The translations under genes and the position numbers were made by a program. From positions 23,190 to 87,189 of the forward strand of contig PBLA01000003.1 in NCBI GenBank assembly GCA_002722245.1: DNA of 64,000 nucleotides. Direction: 5' to 3'. Below, piece by piece: positions 19,801 to 30,050 of the stretch. This DNA comes from Flavobacteriales bacterium (GTDB taxonomy: Bacteria; Bacteroidota; Bacteroidia; Flavobacteriales_C; GCA-002722245). The notes beneath the pieces are model-generated. The model searched no databases, was not told the DNA's origin, and saw only the letters and a list, made by a program, of their open reading frames with translations. Every line of letters starts with the position of its first letter. Position 1 is the first letter of the stretch.

Positions 19801-22431
19801 GCCTGTTCCAACTGACAATGATGTGTCTAAACCAGGACAAATATTAATATCTGACCCTAAATCAAGCGTTGGCAAATTAAACATTACCACGTCTATGGTA
19901 TCTTTTCCTGAACATCCAGTTGAATTTGAAACCGTAACGGTATAATTACCTGATGCTTTTATAACTAATTCTTGCGATGTACCAGAGGGCGTCCAAGTAT
20001 ATGTGGCCCCTTCCACAAAACCAGCATCTATTACTACAGAGTCTCCTTGACAAATTGAGCGATCTTCACCCAAATCAACTTCTATTTCACTGGCTATCGC
20101 CACTTCTAAAGTATCTCTACTAGAGCATCCATATGAACTGGTTACTGTAACATGCAAAACACCACTATTTTCAGTAGTAACAAGAAGCTCTTGCTGATTA
20201 GAGCCATCACTCCATAAATAACTTTCATGATTAGAGCCCGCATTCAATAAAAGAGAACTTCCTCCGCAAATAGTGGTGTCTTTTCCCAAAGATAGTTCCG
20301 GTAATGGGTGAACAGTAAGGTTAACCGTATCCGAGCCAACACATAAATGTACATCTGTGACCTCAACAATATATTCTCCTGAAGTTGACGTTTGAATTGT
20401 TGAAGTTGTTTCTCCACCTTTTATCCAATTATATTGTTCATATTCCCCTGCAATAAAAGTAATTTCTGGTTCGCCATCACAGATAAATTGATCGGGGCCT
20501 ATATTAGGGGTCGGATTTTGATTTATTGTAAGGTCCACCGAATCTCTATTTGAACACCCTATTGCGTCTTCCACCTGAACCCAATAGGTTCCCGTTGAGC
20601 TAGCGATTAATGTGGGCGATGAGGAACCATCGTTCCAGATGTATGAGGTAAATACTCCTGGGTTAAGCAACAGGTCTTTTCCCTGGCACAAAGCTGTATC
20701 ATTCGGCAGACCCATTTCCGGTATTGGATGAACATTGATGTAAATGGAATCATAACATGCGGAACCTCCATCATCTACGGTGTAGAGTAGTTTGTATATT
20801 CCAGGACTTGTTTCTTTACTCGATGCATCGAAAGTAATATCCCCTGCGTGGTTAATCGTAGGTAAATTACCCACTAAAAATGAATCAATGGTCCATAAAC
20901 CTGTTGCACTAGCAGCACTAATCAAACCATCTAATACATAGGTTTGACCCACACATATTTCGGGTTGAAGATCTTCTAAATTGGATGTACAAGATGTACA
21001 ATTATTCACCGTAATCCATATCGTATCATTCACTGAACAATATTCAAATGTTATTTGATGGGTTCCAGGTCCTGCAACGGAAGGATCAAAAATCCCGTTT
21101 GCCCTGTCTGTTATTCCATTTCCTGTATATGCGAAAGGATTTTCCACTGGATTTTCTGCGTCATTTCCAGAACAAATCCATGTTGTACTTAGATCTATCG
21201 CTGGATCAGTGGTGCAATAAGTCCCTACATCTTGAATATCGGGTTCATCACTTGGTGGAATATAGATTGTTGGAAGACCTAAGTGAGACATTCCTGCAGT
21301 ACCCGCAACATTTGAAACTGAAAATGATGTGGCGGTATTTAGATCACCATTCATTTTTTTTAGATATCCTCCTCCTGCTATTCCATGAGAAACATACATT
21401 GACCCGTCATAACCAACTTCAATGGCTGAAAATGCTGAGCTAATTCCTGTTGAAGTCCAGGAATTTTTAATTGTAGTCGCATTCCATGAGGAGATGTCTA
21501 AATAATGAATTGAACTATTTTGCATCGAAACATATACCCTTTTATTGTTTGGAGACCACGTGATATCATAAGGGGAGCCCCAAACACCAGAAACATTCTT
21601 GGCATCATACAACTCACCAGTTGACTTATTAAATTTATAAATCGAGACTATTTTATTTCCATCAGGCCACCAATTTGGGTGTGCTTGAGCTAAATATTCA
21701 CCATCCCATGAATAGGCCATCCCTCCTCGCTCCCTGTTGGAAGTAACCTTAGGTCCTATAGAGGATACAACGGGCGTATTATCAAATCCATCACATTTTA
21801 ACAAATAAGTATAAAATTGCCCTCCTCCAGATGCAAGACAAGTCACCCAGATATCTACACCATTGGAATGGAGTGTTGCTGAAATTGCTTCTGAGGTTCT
21901 AAATGATCCTAATCGAGTTGGTCCAGACAACAGGTTTCCTGCTTTATCAAAAGAAAAAGCATTCATTCCCTTTGTTGCAGCGATCGCATCATCGGTGGTA
22001 ATAACCCAATATCGATCGGAGTCTAGGGGATGCCTTACTGTAATAACCCCTTGTGAGGCTGATCCATTATTAATTCCACCTTCATTACCCGTTAATAATC
22101 CGCTAAATGTTTTTGTAACACCACTACCTGTACCTTTCCATAAAGACCTACCATTCGTATAAAATAATAACTCTCCATTATCGTCGCTTGCTGCTGAAAC
22201 ACCTTCATAGGAAGTAACTGCATTTCCAGGACCTCCAACAGAGGTTACTCCCATGGTTTGCATGTTAATCACAATTCCACTGTATAAATTGGGCGCCATG
22301 AACCAATTGCGTTGACTTGGCCACTCGTAAGGCTGTGAGGAGTTAGAGGCGCACGTTTCTTGAGCTTGTCCATAATTTGAACAAAAAATAAAGGCAATTA
22401 AACCTGTAATGAATTGAACTTTACCAAACAT
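16834..22431 (-). CDS. Giant (1865 aa) cell-surface adhesin-like protein: N-terminal beta-propeller-like region, ~16 tandem ~78-aa Cys-containing repeats, T9SS type-B (gliding-motility-associated) C-terminal domain
   Basis: Signal peptide MFGKVQFITGLIAFIFCSNYGQAQ. Repeats follow the pattern LG.D…C.G….L.AG….Y.W..G……….G.Y.V.V.D..GC…D.V.V. The C-terminus (CINALFVPNAFTPNGDGNNDEFGP…WDGT…) matches the type-B CTD seen in SprB-like proteins. Confidence 0.85.
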   Translation of the reverse strand: MFGKVQFITGLIAFIFCSNYGQAQETCASNSSQPYEWPSQRNWFMAPNLYSGIVINMQTMGVTSVGGPGNAVTSYEGVSAASDDNGELLFYTNGRSLWKGTGSGVTKTFSGLLTGNEGGINNGSASQGVITVRHPLDSDRYWVITTDDAIAATKGMNAFSFDKAGNLLSGPTRLGSFRTSEAISATLHSNGVDIWVTCLASGGGQFYTYLLKCDGFDNTPVVSSIGPKVTSNRERGGMAYSWDGEYLAQAHPNWWPDGNKIVSIYKFNKSTGELYDAKNVSGVWGSPYDITWSPNNKRVYVSMQNSSIHYLDISSWNATTIKNSWTSTGISSAFSAIEVGYDGSMYVSHGIAGGGYLKKMNGDLNTATSFSVSNVAGTAGMSHLGLPTIYIPPSDEPDIQDVGTYCTTDPAIDLSTTWICSGNDAENPVENPFAYTGNGITDRANGIFDPSVAGPGTHQITFEYCSVNDTIWITVNNCTSCTSNLEDLQPEICVGQTYVLDGLISAASATGLWTIDSFLVGNLPTINHAGDITFDASSKETSPGIYKLLYTVDDGGSACYDSIYINVHPIPEMGLPNDTALCQGKDLLLNPGVFTSYIWNDGSSSPTLIASSTGTYWVQVEDAIGCSNRDSVDLTINQNPTPNIGPDQFICDGEPEITFIAGEYEQYNWIKGGETTSTIQTSTSGEYIVEVTDVHLCVGSDTVNLTVHPLPELSLGKDTTICGGSSLLLNAGSNHESYLWSDGSNQQELLVTTENSGVLHVTVTSSYGCSSRDTLEVAIASEIEVDLGEDRSICQGDSVVIDAGFVEGATYTWTPSGTSQELVIKASGNYTVTVSNSTGCSGKDTIDVVMFNLPTLDLGSDINICPGLDTSLSVGTGWQSIQWNDFSSNEELELNVAGTYYVSVTDDNLCSTTDTVLFDFFPSPSLELGEDRTICEGASAYFDAGSGFTSYSWQNQSSLSTYQGTDAEVIWVNIIDENGCTASDTAEILIASSLSVNLIPDTAICDGQAIELSAGYSSENYTINWSNNETTSEIIASETGIYSVSVEDLTGCSGSDSVEIIVNEVPDINLGANQEICEGEEIILNAGSGWTSVVWSTMESGQTILVYEADVYTAVVTNIHGCENTDSIQVIVNARPQPNLGADQTLCSGVSAYFEAGPYSSFTWHDASTASNYSSVKEEDVWVEVVDEKGCKGSDTARIFVRDELLVDLGPDLEICNGDSIELSSGYQGQGNTFLWTTNATTESVLLSDSGIYGLEVTDQNGCKGTDTVELIVNLLPVVTLDLPRSICEGDTLLLDAGNWSSVIWDDGTNDRFLKATASKNYAVTVTNDKGCEGYDEGILTVDSPLSIELGDDLEVCEGKEITISVAEFEFVSYRWHDGSTGEVFITSTPQDISVEATDENGCIAFDTVALTNRMGLDIQLGDDLYFCEGESYEITASGFESGEYEFLWSDQSNASTLLVNETNDYSVIVSNNDGCEGQDTVSIIFYSNPQPVVEDATICAGEKALLKTGEYESYSWNSGETTQEITPAEAGEYTVTVVDENGCVGSVQGELIVHPTPVITEYETQLACIGDTLILSPELPSGSYEWTYDGSSNSSLEVSVSGEYKVLVSNVFGCVDSLGVQAVFKPVPEIELGENRSICFGDTAIVGEHSTDDVLTWNIGLEQDYIIVNQSGSYIATRTNSAGCASKDTIDVYVSPSPIAEATPDTAVCFDEIETLELAVSSYGREQVLWSSGEMDNEIVIDEEGTYSVTLTNEFGCKTTDTVVVTRECINALFVPNAFTPNGDGNNDEFGPKGVNVYDFNFYIFDRWGEQLFHSTNMDIKWDGTHLGRPCQLDVYVWKLSYKAEDQNGYFNVKQKMGTVTLVR
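17120..20740 (-). repeat. Protein-level tandem array (~16 copies x ~234 nt) encoding the Cys-containing Ig/HYR/SprB-like repeats of the giant adhesin
   Basis: Repeated LGxDxxxCxGxxxxLxAG … GCxxxDxxxV units are visible in the translation. Copies are diverged at DNA level rather than identical. Confidence 0.7.
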
Positions 22432-22594
22432 CGACCCCTCCTTTTAAGAGGAATAAACCCCTTGATAACCAAAAAACGTACATTTAGTGTACGACAGAGG
22501 GTTCATTTTGTTGCTAAAACAAAAGGCAAATACAATTAGTTAAATAATACACGATTTTTTAACCATTCAAATAGGTTTTATTAATAAGAAACGT

Positions 22595-23815
22595 TTATTT
22601 ATTGGCAATCCACAAACTAGGGTTCTGTTTTTGATTTCCCTGCCAAATTTCAAAATGAATTTCTGTTTTACCATTATCATCGGTGATAATCGCTCCAATA
22701 TCCTCTTGAGTGGACACGTTATCCCCCTTCTCTACAAATACTTTACTCAAATTAGAATACATCGTAAAAAACTCTCCATGTTGTATCAAAACTGCTTTTT
22801 TACCCCCAGGAAGAACAATCACTGCAGCTACTTTACCATTAAAAACCGCTCGTGCTTTAGTACCTTTATTCGTAAGAATATCTATTCCATTATTAATGGT
22901 GGTTAGGTGCTCGTATACTTCGTGCTTCTGATTTCCAAATTTTCCGCTTACCATTCCTCGGGTAACAGGCCAGGGTAATTTCCCTTTATTATTCAAAAAA
23001 TCTTTCGAAAGTTTTACTGTTTTTGGAGTTAAACCTATCCCTCCTTTTCTTTTTTCTTCTTCGGCTCGTTTCTTCGCTTCGGCAATTTCTCGCTCTATAA
23101 TTTTTTTAATCGCCGCATTTAATTTCTGTGATTCTTTTTTCTTTTTGTTAATGTTCTCCTTGAGTTTCTTTTCATCTTGTCTCAATGCATTATACAACGA
23201 TGTTCGCTCACCTTGCTCCTCTTGTAGTTGACTGAATTCGAGTTTTTTATTTTCTTTCAAACGAATTTTACGTTCTTTTTTTTCCTCTAACTCATCAATT
23301 TTTTCCTTTATTTTTTCCTGTGTCGTTTTAATTTGTTCAACTTGATACTCTCGATATTCTGCAATTTCATGGATATATTTTAATCGCTTATACGCCTGAT
23401 TAAAATCATCTGCGGAAAAAATGAAAATTAATTTATTCGTCGCGTTTCTATTCCTGTAGGCAAATTGAACCATCTTTGTATACTGAACTCTGAGTTGTTG
23501 TAATTTACTTTGAAGAGTATCAATAAAAACACGTTGATGCTCAATTTCTTGATTAATAAATCGAACCTCATTATCAATAGCAACAATTAGGTCTTTTCGA
23601 ACACCAATTTTTTTATTCAGAATTAAAAGCTGAATTTCTGATTTCCTTTTGTTGGTTCGGGTTTCACCCAAAAGGCCATTTAATTTTCTAAGCTCTTTTT
23701 GAATCTTTGCTTTCTTCTGTTTAAGTTGAGACTTCGATTGAGAAAATGACGGACTAATGCCTATTAAAAAGACAAAAAAGAGAATACTATTTAATTTCCA
23801 ACCTTTTATAGTCAT
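22595..23815 (-). CDS. EnvC-like murein hydrolase activator (coiled-coil + degenerate LytM/M23 domain)
   Basis: Signal peptide, then a long K/E-rich coiled coil. The C-terminal LytM-like domain (GIDILTNKGTKARAVFNGKVAAV…IHFEIWQ) lacks the HxxxD His, suggesting a non-catalytic activator. Confidence 0.7.
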   Translation of the reverse strand: MTIKGWKLNSILFFVFLIGISPSFSQSKSQLKQKKAKIQKELRKLNGLLGETRTNKRKSEIQLLILNKKIGVRKDLIVAIDNEVRFINQEIEHQRVFIDTLQSKLQQLRVQYTKMVQFAYRNRNATNKLIFIFSADDFNQAYKRLKYIHEIAEYREYQVEQIKTTQEKIKEKIDELEEKKERKIRLKENKKLEFSQLQEEQGERTSLYNALRQDEKKLKENINKKKKESQKLNAAIKKIIEREIAEAKKRAEEEKRKGGIGLTPKTVKLSKDFLNNKGKLPWPVTRGMVSGKFGNQKHEVYEHLTTINNGIDILTNKGTKARAVFNGKVAAVIVLPGGKKAVLIQHGEFFTMYSNLSKVFVEKGDNVSTQEDIGAIITDDNGKTEIHFEIWQGNQKQNPSLWIANK

Positions 23816-24578
23816 CAGGAATATCTATAGGAGCCATTAAATCATCAAATGTTTTGATTCTTTTCAACTCTATATCTGCCAATATAATTGGAAATTCTCC
23901 TTTCATTCCATGTATGTAAATTTTTTTATTCAAGGGGTAACCGTTAATATCCCCATATTTATCATAGTTAACGCGGACCTCTTTTTCTGTTTTTCCGTCG
24001 AATACAGACACAGATTTTAATCGTAAACTATCGCAAGTAAATGATTGGGTTTGGTGGAAATTCGAATCCTTTTTTTCTGTATCAAATGCTTTACTGGAAT
24101 ACGTAATCAAGGGCTCTTGTACCTTTTTAAATCCGTTGTCTTTAAATAAAAAAGTAGGCTGACTTAAAAAAAGATTTTGGATAAATCCAAATGGAACGCT
24201 TACATTAATAAGCTTTTGCAACTCGCTATAATGACCGTTAAAGTAATTTTTGTTAATGCGATCAACAAAAACTACAGTATCCTTGGTGACAAGAAGCTTA
24301 ATGGCTGTTATTCCTGATTTAGAAACTTTTGCAAAGACAGCACTATCATTTCTCACCCTTAACTGAACTTGAAGATTGTATTTTTTCTCTTGATACTCTA
24401 CATCAACTTTTGTTTTAATTTTCATCCAATTAAAATGAATGCTTGAGGAATCTAATTTATGAATGACATCATCCTTTGAATATGTCCCATATTTACAGTT
24501 GGGGTATTCATTACCAAGGTATTGTTTAGACTTACATCCTGCCAGACAAATTAATGCTAATAAAAGAAACCTCCACAT
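23787..24578 (-). CDS. Hypothetical lipoprotein (DUF4292/LolA-like fold suspected)
   Basis: Lipobox MWRFLLLALICLAGC. Conserved Bacteroidota neighbourhood TPR protein - this gene - M23/EnvC. Confidence 0.5.
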   Translation of the reverse strand: MWRFLLLALICLAGCKSKQYLGNEYPNCKYGTYSKDDVIHKLDSSSIHFNWMKIKTKVDVEYQEKKYNLQVQLRVRNDSAVFAKVSKSGITAIKLLVTKDTVVFVDRINKNYFNGHYSELQKLINVSVPFGFIQNLFLSQPTFLFKDNGFKKVQEPLITYSSKAFDTEKKDSNFHQTQSFTCDSLRLKSVSVFDGKTEKEVRVNYDKYGDINGYPLNKKIYIHGMKGEFPIILADIELKRIKTFDDLMAPIDIPDDYKRLEIK

Positions 24579-24583
24579 AAAGT

Positions 24584-26290
24584 CTACATTTTTAGTTTTT
24601 CCTTCAACTTTTCCGAATCTTCACCAAGTTCTTTGGCCTTTAACCAATACGTTTTAGCGGCATCAATATCACCGGTTTTATGAAGCACATCACCAATATG
24701 TTCATTAATCACTCTACTTTGACTCCCTCCATTTTTCTCCGCTAACCTTAACCAAAGAAGTGCATTTTCATAATCACCCAATTGAAATAAAATCCATCCA
24801 TATGTATCCTGAAAAGAGGCTTCGTCAGGATGCAAACGATTTGATTTTTCACTCATTAATTTAGCCTTTTCCAGTTTTTGATTTCTCTCTGAAAGATAGT
24901 ATGCATAATTATTTAACACATAAAAATTATCCGGATCCAATTCCAAACTAAGTTCAAAATATTCATCCGATTTTTCGTGCTGCTGATTCGCATGATAAGC
25001 ATCACCTAATGAACTTAAAAATTGTGCTTTCAATTTTTGGTCGGTCTCTACGACCAAATCATTTCCCTCTTCCAGCATTTCTATCGATTTTTCAACTTCA
25101 TCCATTTGAATATGAGCCATTCCTCCATAAAAATAAAAAAGAGGTTGAATAGGGAATAATTCTATGGCCTCGTCTATTTTAACAGACATCGTTCTATAAT
25201 CACCAATACTTTGATAAGCAATCACCAATTGAATCCAAGCATTATAATTGTTCGGATTCAAATCTATTGTTCGTAAATAATAGTCAATAGATGACTTATA
25301 ATTACCTGCTTCAAACATAAAGTCAGCAGCGAACATGTTAATTGAAAAATCATACGGATGAATTGAGGCTGCAGACTCTGTTAATTCACTCGCCAATGGA
25401 TAAAACTGCGGATCGGAATCGGAAAGATGCACAAATTTTCTGAGGATTTGCTTTTTCTCAGCCACCTTAAATGAAGGATCACTGATAATTATTTTATATC
25501 GCTCAAATGCTTGTTCATGTTTATGAATTCTCATATAGTAACGCGCTTGCTCATTCAGTATATAAGGATCCTGAGGCTTTATTGTTAACGCTTGTTTATA
25601 AATTTGTAATGCATCATATTCCTGACCATGATCCATTTTAAAGTCTGCATATTGGATATAGTAGGTCATTTTTGCAGGAAATATTTTAATGAGTTGCTTA
25701 ATTTCCTTTTCTGATTTCTCATACTCACCTAGCCCCTTATATATAAGAAACTTATTAAAGTTAATGTCGTGTGAAACACCTATTTTTTGCTCAATTTTCT
25801 CATAGAGTTTTAGCGCCTTAAAATATTTTTTGAATGTGATATAGAAATCAGAGAATTCAATGTCGTAATCAGTATTATTAGGATATATCTTTTGGCGAAG
25901 CAAGTATGATTTTTCACATTCTTCATAGAGCCCGAGTTGTTTGGTTAAACTAATTTTATAGTTTAAAAACCATTTGTTTTTTGAATTTAGATCAACAGCA
26001 GAATTAATGTATTTTAATGCCTTTTCTGACTCATTTTTTTGAGCATACATTTTAGAAAGCTCAAAATAAATAGGTGCATGATTGCCTTTGGATTTAAGAA
26101 TATCCAATAAAATTGATATTGATTTTTCGAAATCTCCCGCGTTTTTTAGAGCGATAGCATCAATAAATCTTGCATCATTTACAAGTTCTTTTTCGTTATC
26201 TGAGGAAGGTACAAAAAAAGAAAGTCCTTTCTTGACTGCACAGCCAGAAAGGACGTTCATTATTAGTATAAGTATAAAAAATTGTTTCAA
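24584..26290 (-). CDS. Tetratricopeptide-repeat lipoprotein
   Basis: Lipobox (…VLSGCAV) and multiple TPR-like helix pairs (…ALKYINSAVDLNSKNKWFLNY…). Confidence 0.75.
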   Translation of the reverse strand: MKQFFILILIMNVLSGCAVKKGLSFFVPSSDNEKELVNDARFIDAIALKNAGDFEKSISILLDILKSKGNHAPIYFELSKMYAQKNESEKALKYINSAVDLNSKNKWFLNYKISLTKQLGLYEECEKSYLLRQKIYPNNTDYDIEFSDFYITFKKYFKALKLYEKIEQKIGVSHDINFNKFLIYKGLGEYEKSEKEIKQLIKIFPAKMTYYIQYADFKMDHGQEYDALQIYKQALTIKPQDPYILNEQARYYMRIHKHEQAFERYKIIISDPSFKVAEKKQILRKFVHLSDSDPQFYPLASELTESAASIHPYDFSINMFAADFMFEAGNYKSSIDYYLRTIDLNPNNYNAWIQLVIAYQSIGDYRTMSVKIDEAIELFPIQPLFYFYGGMAHIQMDEVEKSIEMLEEGNDLVVETDQKLKAQFLSSLGDAYHANQQHEKSDEYFELSLELDPDNFYVLNNYAYYLSERNQKLEKAKLMSEKSNRLHPDEASFQDTYGWILFQLGDYENALLWLRLAEKNGGSQSRVINEHIGDVLHKTGDIDAAKTYWLKAKELGEDSEKLKEKLKM

Positions 26291-26291
26291 A

Positions 26292-27299
26292 TTAAAGCTC
26301 TGTACTAAAGCCCCCCAAACTCAACTCTCTCACCTGACCTTTTAACGTAACATCAGTACCAATCATTGAATTTGCAATAACTTCATTTTCAATTGTTGTA
26401 TTTCCGTATATAATTGAGTTTTTAATCACCGAATTAGATACTTTGGTTCCTTCACTTAAGGTAACATGAGGACCTACAACTGAATTCTCAATTTCCACTC
26501 CTTCACCAATTAAACAAGGCTCAATAATCATTGAATTCCTTGATTGGGCAGAAGCTGCAACCATCGTTTCAGTATCTTTAATAAATTCAAGCACTCGTTG
26601 ATTGGTATACACTGTAGCTTTATAATTACCGCAATCCAACCACTCCTTCACTTGTCCTGGAACAAACTTTGTTCCTTTTTGCTTTAAGGCTTCTAGCGCA
26701 TTGGTTAATTGATACTCCCCTTTATCTTTTATATCGTTATCAATTAAATAATTTAATTCTGACTTCAATGCAGCACCATCTTTCACGTAGTAAATTCCAA
26801 TAATTGCCAAATCACTTACGAACTCTTCTGGCTTCTCAACAAAGTCGGTAATCTCATTATTTTCATTCAACTTCACTACTCCAAAAGCTCTTGGGTCATC
26901 AATTTGCTGCACCCAAATAATCCCGTCTGCATCCCCATCTAATTTAAAATCGGCTCTAAATAATGTGTCAGCAAAAGCAATAATTGTTTTCCCATCTAAT
27001 GCCTCCTCAGCACACAAAATAGCATGAGCAGTACCCAAAGCTTCCTCTTGGTAACAAATTGTTCCTTTAGCACCAAGTCCCTCCGCAACATTTACAAGCA
27101 TTTGTTCAACATCCTTTCCAAATGATGGTCCGATAATAAACGCAATCTCTTCTATTGATTCTTCACATACTCCAGCAATATCTTCAACCAATCGCTGTAC
27201 AATTGGCTTCCCTGCAACAGGGATTAATGGCTTTGGCACCTTTAATGTGTGAGGTCTCATTCTTTTCCCCATTCCTGCCATTGGAACAATAATCTTCAT
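26292..27299 (-). CDS. Sugar-phosphate nucleotidyltransferase (NTP-transferase N-domain + left-handed beta-helix C-domain)
   Basis: N-terminal MKIIVPMAGMGKRMRPHTLKVPKPLIPVAGKPIV. C-terminal hexapeptide repeats (VIKNSIIYGNTTIENEVIANSMIG). Confidence 0.75.
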   Translation of the reverse strand: MKIIVPMAGMGKRMRPHTLKVPKPLIPVAGKPIVQRLVEDIAGVCEESIEEIAFIIGPSFGKDVEQMLVNVAEGLGAKGTICYQEEALGTAHAILCAEEALDGKTIIAFADTLFRADFKLDGDADGIIWVQQIDDPRAFGVVKLNENNEITDFVEKPEEFVSDLAIIGIYYVKDGAALKSELNYLIDNDIKDKGEYQLTNALEALKQKGTKFVPGQVKEWLDCGNYKATVYTNQRVLEFIKDTETMVAASAQSRNSMIIEPCLIGEGVEIENSVVGPHVTLSEGTKVSNSVIKNSIIYGNTTIENEVIANSMIGTDVTLKGQVRELSLGGFSTEL

Positions 27300-27326
27300 T
27301 TTTATTTACTTTAATTGGTTTTATTA

Positions 27327-27764
27327 TTAGTTAAGTCCAGTACTGCCAAAACCACCAGCACCTCTTTTTGTTTCGCTTAAAATTTCCACTTCTTTCCAAT
27401 CTGCTTGTTCGTATTTAGCAATCACAAGTTGAGCAATACGTTCTCCATCTTCCAGTAAAAAATCTTCCTGAGATAAATTTACCAATATAACACCAATTTC
27501 TCCTCGATAATCGGCATCAATTGTTCCAGGTGAATTTAAAACCGAAATTCCTTTTTTTAATGCTAACCCACTTCTTGGTCGAACCTGAGCCTCATATCCC
27601 TCTTGCAATGCGATAAAAAGACCTGTTTTAACTAAAACTCGTTCCATCGGTTTGAGCGTAATAGCATCATCAATATTGGCCCTAATATCCATACCTGCGG
27701 ATTGACTTGTGGCATAATGCGGTAAGGGATGCTTAGATTTATTGATAATCTGAATAGGAGTCAT
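27327..27764 (-). CDS. dut: dUTP diphosphatase
   Basis: Motifs [37 protein letters not shown]. Confidence 0.9.
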   Translation of the reverse strand: MTPIQIINKSKHPLPHYATSQSAGMDIRANIDDAITLKPMERVLVKTGLFIALQEGYEAQVRPRSGLALKKGISVLNSPGTIDADYRGEIGVILVNLSQEDFLLEDGERIAQLVIAKYEQADWKEVEILSETKRGAGGFGSTGLN

Positions 27765-29260
27765 TGCGTAGATTTATTTTTAGATTTCTCAAAGATATAA
27801 GCAATCCCCAAATAGCCCAACAAAATAAGTGTATTTAAAGATAATTTAACGATTAAACTAGAATCACTAAGAAGGAGGTCCGAGATCAAATAAAGCATAA
27901 CTGCACTTAAAAAATACCCCAAAATCCTTTTTAAATTATAGGGTATTGGATAATGTTTTTTACCAGCAATATAAGCAACAATAACCATACACAAATAGCA
28001 TATTAGAGTTGCCCAAGCCGCACCATAATAGCCTAAAGATGGAATAAGTACCAAATTCAGGACTACGGTAATAATTGCCCCCATTATAGACACTAAAGCG
28101 CCATAACCTGTTTTATGAGAAAGTTTATACCAAATTGATAAATTATAATATATCCCTAAAAAAACATTTGCCAACAACAAAATAGGAACAACTTTAAGGC
28201 CAACCCAAAAATCCTTATTAGGAATAAAATATTTGAAAAGATCAATATAGCCAGTTACCATTAAAAAAAGAACTGATACAACAACCACAAAGTAATTCAT
28301 AATTCGGGCATACATTTCCTTGGAATTTTTCTTCTTCTCCTGAGCAAAAAAGAAGGGCTCCGCGGCATACCTGTAAGCTTGAATAAATAAAGTAATCGCG
28401 ATCGATAGTTTATAATTTGCGCCATAAATACCCAATTGACTCATTGCATCATCCAGCCCAATATCACTTACCAATAACCTCTTTAATAAAATGCGATCCA
28501 ATGTTTCATTAACGATTCCTGCTAAACCTACAAACAGTAATGGAATTGAGTATTTAAAAAATGGTTTTAAATAAGAACGAATAAACACTCCTGTGCGAAG
28601 AATTACAATTTGTGGAGCGACTGCAATTAACTTAAATATACTCGCAATCAAATTTGCTATGAATACATAACCCACGCCAATATCAGGATTATATACTAAA
28701 TCAATAAGCCAATTTGTGTGTTGAGCATCATAATTTGATTTACAGTAACTAATAAAAAATAAATTCAGTCCAATATTCACTGCAACATTACCGAGATTGA
28801 CAACAGCAAATTTGTTGGCTTTGTTTTCTTTTCTTAAATACGCTAACGGCAATGAAGATATAGCATCAAAACCTACAATAATTGCAAACCAAACGACGTA
28901 TTCGCTATGATCAGGGTACATCAACCAAACAGCAATCTCTTGAGCAAAAAATGAGGAGATCAAAATAAATCCTATACTTGAAAAAAGTAAGGTTGATAAA
29001 ATTGTTGTATACACATTTTTTGAATTGTACTCTTCTTTTGAAGAATATCTAAAATAAGTGGTTTCCATGCCATAGGTCAATAGCACTACCAAAAATGCAA
29101 CATATGCATACATCTCAGTCACCACACCAAATTGGTCAGTTGAGAATTTCCCATATGCGATCCAATATGGAGTAAGAAGATAATTCAGAAATCTTCCAAC
29201 AATACTGCTTAATCCATAGATGGCTGTTTGACTAGCTAATTTTTTAATTGGACTCCCCAC
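27761..29260 (-). CDS. Polysaccharide biosynthesis / lipid-linked oligosaccharide flippase (Wzx/MATE-like)
   Basis: 499 aa with ~12-14 predicted TM helices. Start overlaps the dut stop. Confidence 0.7.
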   Translation of the reverse strand: MGSPIKKLASQTAIYGLSSIVGRFLNYLLTPYWIAYGKFSTDQFGVVTEMYAYVAFLVVLLTYGMETTYFRYSSKEEYNSKNVYTTILSTLLFSSIGFILISSFFAQEIAVWLMYPDHSEYVVWFAIIVGFDAISSLPLAYLRKENKANKFAVVNLGNVAVNIGLNLFFISYCKSNYDAQHTNWLIDLVYNPDIGVGYVFIANLIASIFKLIAVAPQIVILRTGVFIRSYLKPFFKYSIPLLFVGLAGIVNETLDRILLKRLLVSDIGLDDAMSQLGIYGANYKLSIAITLFIQAYRYAAEPFFFAQEKKKNSKEMYARIMNYFVVVVSVLFLMVTGYIDLFKYFIPNKDFWVGLKVVPILLLANVFLGIYYNLSIWYKLSHKTGYGALVSIMGAIITVVLNLVLIPSLGYYGAAWATLICYLCMVIVAYIAGKKHYPIPYNLKRILGYFLSAVMLYLISDLLLSDSSLIVKLSLNTLILLGYLGIAYIFEKSKNKSTQ

Positions 29261-29276
29261 TAATTTAATTTAGCTT

Positions 29277-30050
29277 TTACTTAAATTCAGGTTTTCTTTT
29301 ATTCAAGAAAGCATCTACACCCTCCTTGAAATCATCGGTTCCGAAACATTTACCAAATTCTTCAACCTCTACCTCAAAGCCACCTTTGTTTTCATACCCT
29401 TTATTGATTGCATTAATGGCTGCTTTCATGGCAATAGGGGAATTGTTGGAAATTTTGATGGCCAATTTCAGCGCTTCCATTAAAAGATTTTGTGATGGAA
29501 CCACATTATTCACTAATCCCGACACATAGGCTTGTTTCCCATCCACAAAGTTTGCAGAAAGAATCATTTCCATTGCTCTCCCTCTACCAACTAATTGAGC
29601 CAACCTCTGCGTACCTCCATAACCTGGAATAAGTCCAAGGGTAACCTCAGGAAGCCCCATCTGGGCCTTATCACTTGCAAGCCGAATATGACACGCCATC
29701 GCAAGTTCCAGTCCTCCGCCAAGTGCAAATCCATTGATGGCTGCAATAACTGGAGTTGTTAAATTTTCGACGGTATTAAACAACTGCTCTTGACCAGTTC
29801 TTGCCAACTCTTTTCCTTCAGCCTCTGAAAATCCTGCAAACTCTTTTATATCAGCTCCAGCTACAAAAGCTTTATCTCCTGAACCTGTTAAAATAATAGC
29901 TCTTACAGTTGTATTTTCTTCTAACTCCAACAGACAGGATCTTAACTCCTGAATGGTTTGCTTATTTAAGGCATTAAGGTTTTCAGGGCGATTAATGGTA
30001 ACAACCGCAATTTTATCCTTATAATTAACAACTAAATTTTCAAATGACAT
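29277..30050 (-). CDS. Enoyl-CoA hydratase/isomerase (crotonase) family protein
   Basis: AINGFALGGGLELAMACHIRLAS…GLPEVTLGLIPGYGGTQRL. Confidence 0.85.
   Translation of the reverse strand: MSFENLVVNYKDKIAVVTINRPENLNALNKQTIQELRSCLLELEENTTVRAIILTGSGDKAFVAGADIKEFAGFSEAEGKELARTGQEQLFNTVENLTTPVIAAINGFALGGGLELAMACHIRLASDKAQMGLPEVTLGLIPGYGGTQRLAQLVGRGRAMEMILSANFVDGKQAYVSGLVNNVVPSQNLLMEALKLAIKISNNSPIAMKAAINAINKGYENKGGFEVEVEEFGKCFGTDDFKEGVDAFLNKRKPEFK

Noticed and set aside
17120-20740. Possible DNA-level tandem repeat or phase-variable slippage tract in the adhesin gene
   Set aside because: Repeat units are clearly related at protein level but diverged at nucleotide level. There are no long identical direct repeats, so this is not a recent expansion or contingency locus.
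21048-21443. 131-aa + strand ORF
   Set aside because: Antisense inside the giant adhesin gene, with no independent support.
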